Assembly: GCA_947175515.1 (NCBI GenBank)
Contig: CAMWNA010000001.1
Location: forward strand, 637-64,636
Reading direction: 5' to 3'
Source: an uncultured Clostridia bacterium
GTDB lineage: Bacteria > Bacillota > Clostridia > Christensenellales > Borkfalkiaceae
Length of the DNA stretch: 64,000 nucleotides
Shown here: in pieces, positions 57,508 to 64,000 of the stretch
How the letters are laid out: the number at the start of each line of letters is the position of its first letter
How positions within the stretch are numbered: the stretch's first letter is position 1
Made by a program: the position numbers and the translations under genes
The notes under the pieces: model-generated
What the model was told of the DNA's origin: nothing
What the model saw: the letters and a program-made list of their open reading frames with translations, nothing else
Databases searched by the model: none

Positions 57508-60500
57508 TATGCTACTCCTTGCTCATAGATATAGGTGTTTATTTCTCTGATGATTTCCAAAAGCTTTCCTTCAAACTTAACGTTAAAGCGTTTAAATCCG
57601 CCATCCATTTTGAAAGCAGGCGCTTCAAAGGTTTCTACGTTTAACAGACTTTCGTGAAGCATATAGGTTTTTATTTTTTCAAGAAGGTCGATTTGAATTT
57701 TATTAAAGCTATGCGCTTTGATTAGTTTTTCAAAAGCTATTTTTATTTTGTCTTCTCTATTAAAAACAGGGACGTCTAAGACGGCGTTTCGAACGTAAGA
57801 AATTATATCGGCAACGATGTCTGCATTTTTAACTACACTTGTTGCGTTGTTAAGTGAAGTTTCGTTATATCCTTCTTTATCCAGTGCAAGTCTAAGTTCA
57901 CGAAGTTGTGCTCTCGTTAAATCTGAAGGCTTGGTGCAGGCAATTTTAATTGCTTCAATTTTATCTTTGTTTTCGTTTACGAATTTTGTAAAAGCATCAA
58001 GATAATCGTCGGGTTTATCGGTTTTGCCATATCCTCTTGTGGTTTCTTGCAAAGTGTCTTTTCGTTCCGAATAATATTGTCCTTTCTTCGGCGAAGTAAT
58101 GCTTTCAATATAAACCAAAGTTTCAGCGTCTTTTATAAGCATATCAACAGCCTGTTGCACAGACAAAACCTTGATGCTTGCAACATATTGCGGTATTGAT
58201 TTGCCTATATTTTCTTTGACCTCATATCTTTGGTCTTCAGAAAGTGCATTGTTTTTGCGTTGTAGTTTTGCCAAAATTCTATCTATTATCTGTTGCTTAC
58301 TGTTTTGGGAAGGGTGTGACAACTCTTCAATGAGTTCCATCATTGACTTGTTCACGGAAACGGCCCTCATTGAATTCACCGAACCTAAATCCTCATAAAC
58401 GTGCGCAGGATCAAAAATATTAAAGTGTGTTTTTTGAATTTCTTTGCAAAGGCGCGTAGCACGACCCAACATTTGCTCATATAAAATACGGCTATTGATT
58501 TTGCGCATAAAAACCAAATTGCAAATTTGAGGGACATCGATACCCGTTGTCAACAAATCTACAGTTACGGCAATATTGGGATATTGGTTATTTTTATACT
58601 GTTTGATTACTTGCTCTATTTTCTTTTTGCTGCCACTTGCCGTTTTGCCGGTAATCTTTACAATCGCGTCATTCGACACGCCCCATTCCGAATATATCTC
58701 ACGGAGAGTTGCGACAATGTTATCCGCATGATTATCGTTTACGGCAAAAATCAGCGTTTTTTCACGACCTTCAGGATTGATATAATTTGAAATTTCTTTT
58801 AAAACCTTTTGGGTATGATCTGGCAAGACTATCTTTCGATTGAAATCCGACACATCAAAATCCAGTTCATCCTGTAGAACTTCACCATTTATGAGCTCGC
58901 CCGTATTAGGATCGAACATACCAAGTTGTTCGCCTTTTTTAAATGTTACAGGACTGGTATTAAAATCAGTATTTATAATATACGGAGGATCGTGATCAAC
59001 CAGCCATCCGTCAATTACCGCTTCCCTATAACTGTAAGTAAATATGGGTGAACCGAAAATTTGCGTAGTATGAAGCGCAGGTGTTGCCGTCAATCCTATT
59101 TTTACCGCATCGAAATATTCAATGACTTGCTTATACTTACCTAAATAATCGTCCTGCGAGTCATAAAGCATTTCATCTGCCGACATTTCTTTGTCAAGTA
59201 TATATCCTCGGTGTGCTTCATCAACTATAATTAAGTCAAAAGCACCAGAAGTAAGTTCAGGTTTTTCAGCTAAAATTGTTCTTTTAAGTAAACCTTGAAC
59301 AGTTGAAACACTTACCTTTGTTTCAAGATCCACCGTTTTATCTTCTATATCTTTAACGTCGTAAATTTGGCAAAGCGTTTGGAGTTCTTTCAGCTTTACA
59401 TCTTTAAACGTGTCCATAGCCTGTCCACCAAGCGCAGTTCTATCTACAAGAAACAATATACGCTTAAAACGTTTTGTTTCCAGCATTTTATAGATTAGAC
59501 CTAAGACAGTTCTTGTTTTGCCCGTACCTGTGGCCATTGCAATCAACACATTTTGTTGACCATTAATAATTGCTTGAGTTGCCTTATTTATTGCTTTTAT
59601 CTGATAATCACGTAAATTAAGTCCATTAGGATCTGCCATATACGAGTCGTCAGAAGTGGTAAGGGCGTTGTTTGCCTCCTCCACATTTTGTTTTAATTTT
59701 GCCATCAAGTCGTCTGGACTAAACCAATTGCGTATGGGATACGAGATATTTGAAAGCTGTCTTGCATCTAAATACCATATGCCTGATTTCGTTTTGATTT
59801 GCTCTAAATACGGTCTACCATTAGTTGCAAAAAGAAATGGCACGCTACAGCCAACCCAGTTATCAATAATAAAATTGGCGTGTTCGGGTTTAATATTTTT
59901 AGCGTAGTCTTTAATCTGCACATCAATCGTAGATGCTACATCTTCAGCGGGCTTTTTTGCATCAATCAACCCAACAAATTGTTCACCGACAAACAAAGCG
60001 TAATCGGCAAAACCTTTTGCCATTGCTGAAGAATTTGTCGGCCATTCAGCTATTGCCATATTGCGACCTTTAACTGGTCTAGATCCTTTACTATATCTTA
60101 TAACTTGTGTGTCAGCTTCCCACCCCGCTTTTCTTAACTGCTCGTCAATAAAAAACCTAATTTGTTTCTCTGAAAGAGTCATAAGCTTTGCATTTTGCTC
60201 AGACTTTCTGCGATTTTGTTGAATATTTGATTTATACTTAATGGGTGCGATAGGGACAATACTCTTTAGTCTAGCGATTTCATCTTCTTGTTCTTGTATT
60301 ATTTTTGCATAATTCGGTGCTTTTTCGGGCAAAACATATTCGCTGTATACAGTAGTTGCACTCCCATACGTAGCATTAAACCAAACACATAATTTATAAG
60401 AAAGTTCAAGCATCAATTTTGCCCTTTCAAAGGAATCTAAATTAGCGTGAACAGCTTCGTTTCTTGCTTTTCTTAGACCATATAAAATATCATCAATATC

Positions 60501-60731
60501 TCTTGGTAAAAGATGTTTTACTTTTAGTTGACGTATTTTATCTGCCTGCGTGTTTTCCTCTTCGGGCATAATAATACCATTAGCGTCAACAATGTAAGTT
60601 ACAATATATTCCGCAAGCATACCAAGCTTTATCAAACAAGAATTCGGATCATCGTGTATGTAATTTTCTGCCGATTGAGCCAATTTTGCTATTAACGGCC
60701 ATTCCTCTTGTAAGAAATCGAAATTTGACAT
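57507..60731 (-). CDS. hsdR: Type I R-M restriction/helicase subunit with a DUF4145-like N-terminal extension
   Basis: MATGTGKTRT (motif I), IIVDEAHRG (DEAH), QMLGRATR (motif VI). The N-terminal ~110 aa (FDFLQEEWP...LRKARNEAVHAN) look like DUF4145. 1074 aa. Confidence 0.95.
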   Translation of the reverse strand: MSNFDFLQEEWPLIAKLAQSAENYIHDDPNSCLIKLGMLAEYIVTYIVDANGIIMPEEENTQADKIRQLKVKHLLPRDIDDILYGLRKARNEAVHANLDSFERAKLMLELSYKLCVWFNATYGSATTVYSEYVLPEKAPNYAKIIQEQEDEIARLKSIVPIAPIKYKSNIQQNRRKSEQNAKLMTLSEKQIRFFIDEQLRKAGWEADTQVIRYSKGSRPVKGRNMAIAEWPTNSSAMAKGFADYALFVGEQFVGLIDAKKPAEDVASTIDVQIKDYAKNIKPEHANFIIDNWVGCSVPFLFATNGRPYLEQIKTKSGIWYLDARQLSNISYPIRNWFSPDDLMAKLKQNVEEANNALTTSDDSYMADPNGLNLRDYQIKAINKATQAIINGQQNVLIAMATGTGKTRTVLGLIYKMLETKRFKRILFLVDRTALGGQAMDTFKDVKLKELQTLCQIYDVKDIEDKTVDLETKVSVSTVQGLLKRTILAEKPELTSGAFDLIIVDEAHRGYILDKEMSADEMLYDSQDDYLGKYKQVIEYFDAVKIGLTATPALHTTQIFGSPIFTYSYREAVIDGWLVDHDPPYIINTDFNTSPVTFKKGEQLGMFDPNTGELINGEVLQDELDFDVSDFNRKIVLPDHTQKVLKEISNYINPEGREKTLIFAVNDNHADNIVATLREIYSEWGVSNDAIVKITGKTASGSKKKIEQVIKQYKNNQYPNIAVTVDLLTTGIDVPQICNLVFMRKINSRILYEQMLGRATRLCKEIQKTHFNIFDPAHVYEDLGSVNSMRAVSVNKSMMELIEELSHPSQNSKQQIIDRILAKLQRKNNALSEDQRYEVKENIGKSIPQYVASIKVLSVQQAVDMLIKDAETLVYIESITSPKKGQYYSERKDTLQETTRGYGKTDKPDDYLDAFTKFVNENKDKIEAIKIACTKPSDLTRAQLRELRLALDKEGYNETSLNNATSVVKNADIVADIISYVRNAVLDVPVFNREDKIKIAFEKLIKAHSFNKIQIDLLEKIKTYMLHESLLNVETFEAPAFKMDGGFKRFNVKFEGKLLEIIREINTYIYEQGVA

Positions 60732-60750
60732 AATGTCTCCATATTTAAAA

Positions 60751-61641
60751 TCAATACTTTATCTCAAAATAATCAAGATACTTTTTAAACTTATCTTGTG
60801 CCATTAGGCAGGTGTCACGCAGGTAGCCACGCTCGTTTGCCCATTCTTTCAGTCCACGATAATAAAACAGTTTTAGTTCTGCATCTATTATGAACGGCAC
60901 AATATTATACTTTAAACAGTCTTTGAATAATAGCAGTCTTCCGATGCGCCCGTTACCGTCTTGGAAAGGATGAATACACTCAAACCGATAATGAAAATCC
61001 AAGAGGTCATCAAAAGTCTTTTCCTTTTTAGCGTTGTATTCAAAAAGCAACGCTTTTATTTTATCGGCAACCTCTTCAGGCTGTGCCGTGTACATATTAC
61101 CAACGGTATTCGGCAATTTTTTATAATCACCTACCGCAAACCAGTCCTGCCGAGAATCCGTCGTTCCACTCTTTAGTGTACGATGTAATTCTTTAATGAA
61201 GGCTTCTGTAATCGGCTTCTTAGCGTTATCGATAATCATATCAATACACTTAAAGTGATTAGCCGTTTCGACTATATCGTCAACTTTGACCGCTTCGCCA
61301 TCAATACCTATTGTGTTAGTTTCAAAAATATATCGGGTTTGGTCATGGGTTAATCGGCTACCTTCAATATGATTAGAATTGTACGTTAAATCAATTTGAA
61401 CTTTATGATATATTCCGCCTGAAAGTTTAGCTTTTTTTTCTGCCGAAAGCTCTTCCAACAAAGTTGATGGCAATTCAACCTTTTTATTGACTCTATCAGG
61501 CTTTTGAGCATCTTCCGGAATATTCCAAGTTTTTCCCGTTAAAAAAACCCCATCAATTTTACCCAAAGCACAGTAGTTACGAACACTACGTTCTGATATA
61601 TTCCATTTTTTTGCAATTTCCGTAACAGATAAATACTTCAT
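60751..61641 (-). CDS. HTH-Fic family protein (AMPylase/Fido fold)
   Basis: Fic motif HPFQDGNGRIGRLL. N-terminal MerR/excisionase-like HTH LSVTEIAKKWNISERSVRNYC. The start at MKYLSV (61641) sits behind GAGGTG. The stop lies 19 nt before the hsdR start. Confidence 0.9.
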   Translation of the reverse strand: MKYLSVTEIAKKWNISERSVRNYCALGKIDGVFLTGKTWNIPEDAQKPDRVNKKVELPSTLLEELSAEKKAKLSGGIYHKVQIDLTYNSNHIEGSRLTHDQTRYIFETNTIGIDGEAVKVDDIVETANHFKCIDMIIDNAKKPITEAFIKELHRTLKSGTTDSRQDWFAVGDYKKLPNTVGNMYTAQPEEVADKIKALLFEYNAKKEKTFDDLLDFHYRFECIHPFQDGNGRIGRLLLFKDCLKYNIVPFIIDAELKLFYYRGLKEWANERGYLRDTCLMAQDKFKKYLDYFEIKY

Positions 61642-61786
61642 AGCATAGCACCTCATATAAGAGCATATCATATTATCGGCAAAAAATCAATGTATAATGC
61701 AAATTAATTTGTTATGATTTTGCCGTTATCGGCATATCTATTAGGCGCTGTATTTATAACAAAATCTACAAGCATTTAAATTAATT

Positions 61787-64000
61787 CTATAAATTATATT
61801 TTCCTTTTAAAATTAAATAATCTTTACTGTAGTTAGGTAATTTTAAATTCCTAATAACTTTGTTACAAACTTCAGGCATCCAAAATATTGTTAAAAACGA
61901 TTTAGCTCTTGTTATTGCAGTATAAAAAACGCTGTGCGTTATCTTGTCTTCCGTGTCATCAGCAATAACTATTTTAACGGAATCATATTCCAGACCTTGT
62001 GATTTGTGAATTGAAACTGCATATGCTACTTCAAACGGCAAAATATGACTTTTATCGTCCGTTTCCTCATCACTTGAATACGGTGGACGCCTGTTAACAT
62101 TAAAACTTACTATTGTTTCGCCTGCTGTTGCACTGACAAAAGTCAGTCCTTCACACGCTTCCACCTCATCCTTTGTAAACTCCGAAAATACTTTAATCCT
62201 AAAATTGACGTAAGAATTAAAATCTTCTATCCCAACAATTTTTCCCTTTAAGTTGTTATATAGAATATCAAATCTTTCAGAATCATTAAAGAGAATGGGA
62301 TCATCAACTTTGAACTGCCAAACATTAATCGTTACCGGCTTATTTTTATTCCCGATCTGCAATAATCTATTTATATTATTGAGACCGTATAAGCCGTTGT
62401 AATTCAGGCATAAGATTATCTCATCATCGGCTTTTTTATCAAAGATTTCTTTATCCGCATCTATAGGACGAGAATAATGATTTCTAACCAATTCTTCCAA
62501 AATGAGATTATCGTCCTTTAATTGTCTCGCTTCATTCCATAAAGATTTGAGTTCTTCATCAGTGCTTCTGAAAGTTGTCTGTAAATTGCCACAACAATAT
62601 TCCGGCAACATACAATTAGCAATATAAAACCAATTACCAAAGCCAATAGCTTGTATTTGATATATGTCGCCAACTAATAGTAGAACTCCGCCTCCAATTC
62701 TATTGATAATTTTCAATATTTCATCATTCTTAACGGTGCTACACTCATCAACCACAATCAAATCATATTCGACGCCGCTATATCTTCTATTTTTAAGAAA
62801 GGTATCGATTGTTAAAAACTCGTCTCCTTCTTCCCTATGTGTTACCTTGTGCCTTAAATTTTCTTTTGCCGGATTTGTCTTAGATAAAAACACTTTCCTT
62901 GTTCCTGCCATAACTTTAGTAACATAATTAATAAGCGTTGATTTACCTGTTCCGGCAGAACCATAAACGAGCCTGACACGCGATTTTGTAAACATGTTAA
63001 GCAGTATCTCTTTTTTTGCAGGGTCTGTTAACCGTTCAGTCGGTGACTCATAATTTTCAAGCTCTTTAATATTTTCTTCATTGAACAAATTCTCCCCTAT
63101 TAAGCCACTCTGTGCTAGACATGATAAATTTTTAAGAACGCTAAGCAGGTTAGATTCGTCTCCCTTTATATAAAGATAGTCCTTGTAAATTCCTATTTCC
63201 GAATCCGGCTTAAAACCTGAATAAACTAAATCGTTATATTGCTCTACCAAATTTTTAATTTTTGCTTCATCACCAAACTCTTTCAATTCATCAAAAGAAG
63301 TGTACAATTTACACTCCTGACTTAAATTGATAGATAAAACTTTTGCCAACAAACTCGGAATATTAAACTCCTCATTTAAACTTTCAAGCACATCGGAAAA
63401 GTTTGCCCTATGTCCTTTGGGATTAAAAGACAACGGCAGCTCATCGAAAGATTGACAACCTCTTGGAATGTTTAGGCTGTACATGCCCTCCTTTATATAA
63501 GGAAATTGCATCTTAATTATTCTGTTATTCATACGACAAAGCAAATATCTTAAAAGATTCTTACCTTTCGTATTCCTTTCAGAAAAATATCTGCAAACTT
63601 TGAGTATTGCAAAAATTTTAGAACGTTTATCCCTTGTTGAATTGACTACCAGATTTTTTACTTTTTCATAATCCTCATCATCAAAATCAATAATATCGAG
63701 AAGTGTCAGCCTGTTGCCTGTCATATAATTCATAAGCGTAGAATACTCAGCTTCCGACCTCTTGATTTCAACGCCAATTCCTAATAACTTTGCAAAATTT
63801 TTAATTTCACAAGGTCGAATTGATGTTTCCCATCCTGTTATAATTTTTACGGGGAAATCAACACCGAACACATGAACTTCTTTTTGTGTAAAACTCAAGG
63901 CAGTACAGTAATTAGATATAAACTCACCCTTGCAAAATGCCGTAATTCTGTTAAATTTGTTTGGCTTTTCGTCCGCAGGTTCCAATGTAACTTCATAAAA
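61787..64000 (-). CDS. SF1 RecD/TraA-like helicase with a ~340-aa uncharacterised N-terminal region (5' end may lie beyond the window)
   Basis: Walker A YGSAGTGKST, Walker B LIVVDECST, LLLVGDIYQ, C-terminal AVSIHKSQGLEYD and FYTAITRAK (UvrD_C_2 type). The frame stays open to position 64000; the TTG at 63985 is only a possible start. Confidence 0.8.
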   Translation of the reverse strand, partial: FYEVTLEPADEKPNKFNRITAFCKGEFISNYCTALSFTQKEVHVFGVDFPVKIITGWETSIRPCEIKNFAKLLGIGVEIKRSEAEYSTLMNYMTGNRLTLLDIIDFDDEDYEKVKNLVVNSTRDKRSKIFAILKVCRYFSERNTKGKNLLRYLLCRMNNRIIKMQFPYIKEGMYSLNIPRGCQSFDELPLSFNPKGHRANFSDVLESLNEEFNIPSLLAKVLSINLSQECKLYTSFDELKEFGDEAKIKNLVEQYNDLVYSGFKPDSEIGIYKDYLYIKGDESNLLSVLKNLSCLAQSGLIGENLFNEENIKELENYESPTERLTDPAKKEILLNMFTKSRVRLVYGSAGTGKSTLINYVTKVMAGTRKVFLSKTNPAKENLRHKVTHREEGDEFLTIDTFLKNRRYSGVEYDLIVVDECSTVKNDEILKIINRIGGGVLLLVGDIYQIQAIGFGNWFYIANCMLPEYCCGNLQTTFRSTDEELKSLWNEARQLKDDNLILEELVRNHYSRPIDADKEIFDKKADDEIILCLNYNGLYGLNNINRLLQIGNKNKPVTINVWQFKVDDPILFNDSERFDILYNNLKGKIVGIEDFNSYVNFRIKVFSEFTKDEVEACEGLTFVSATAGETIVSFNVNRRPPYSSDEETDDKSHILPFEVAYAVSIHKSQGLEYDSVKIVIADDTEDKITHSVFYTAITRAKSFLTIFWMPEVCNKVIRNLKLPNYSKDYLILKGKYNL

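Noticed and set aside
1-64000. CRISPR arrays, rRNA/tRNA genes, transposases, integrases, and hsdS shufflon inverted repeats
   Set aside because: I saw no regularly spaced direct repeats of 25-40 nt, no rRNA-like or tRNA-like segments, no DDE or tyrosine/serine recombinase ORFs, and only a single hsdS copy. This was inspection by eye, so short or degenerate elements could have been missed.

Overview
The window reads as a Bacillota (Clostridia-like, spore-former signature) chromosome. It has three parts.

(1) 1-12.3 kb is the replication-origin neighbourhood. It holds parB/parA with three parS sites, ftsH, yyaC and rsmG. A DnaA-box cluster with an AT-rich stretch follows, then dnaN-rpmH-rnpA-yidD-yidC-jag. 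Gene orientation flips from minus to plus here. No dnaA gene is present.

(2) 12.5-43.5 kb is core metabolism and envelope genes:
- queT behind a candidate preQ1 riboswitch
- GTP-PEPCK with an odd Lys/Ala/Pro tail
- a metF / split-metH / transsulfuration operon
- a ~15 kb MoxR-DUF58-vWA (Bat-like) operon embedded among giant lipoproteins
- a Sel1-repeat protein
- a TetR-DUF308-ABC exporter cluster

(3) From ~43.6 kb to the window end is a visibly AT-rich island with every gene on the minus strand. It carries recognisable defence genes: AbiH, AIPR, Septu PtuA/PtuB fused to the tail of a Type I R-M hsdRMS operon, an HTH-Fic protein and an SF1 helicase.

The island also holds two tightly coupled cassettes I cannot assign to any named system, and these are the best candidates for an undescribed anti-phage system:
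- a 4-TM protein overlapping a thymidylate-kinase-like P-loop/Nudix fusion (44.2-46.2 kb)
- a three-gene operon of a 563-aa HNH/Cys-cluster protein, a 303-aa orphan and a 150-aa 4-TM protein (46.4-49.5 kb)

No rRNA, tRNA, CRISPR array, transposase or integrase was seen. All calls come from reading the ORF translations and the DNA by eye; no searches were run.
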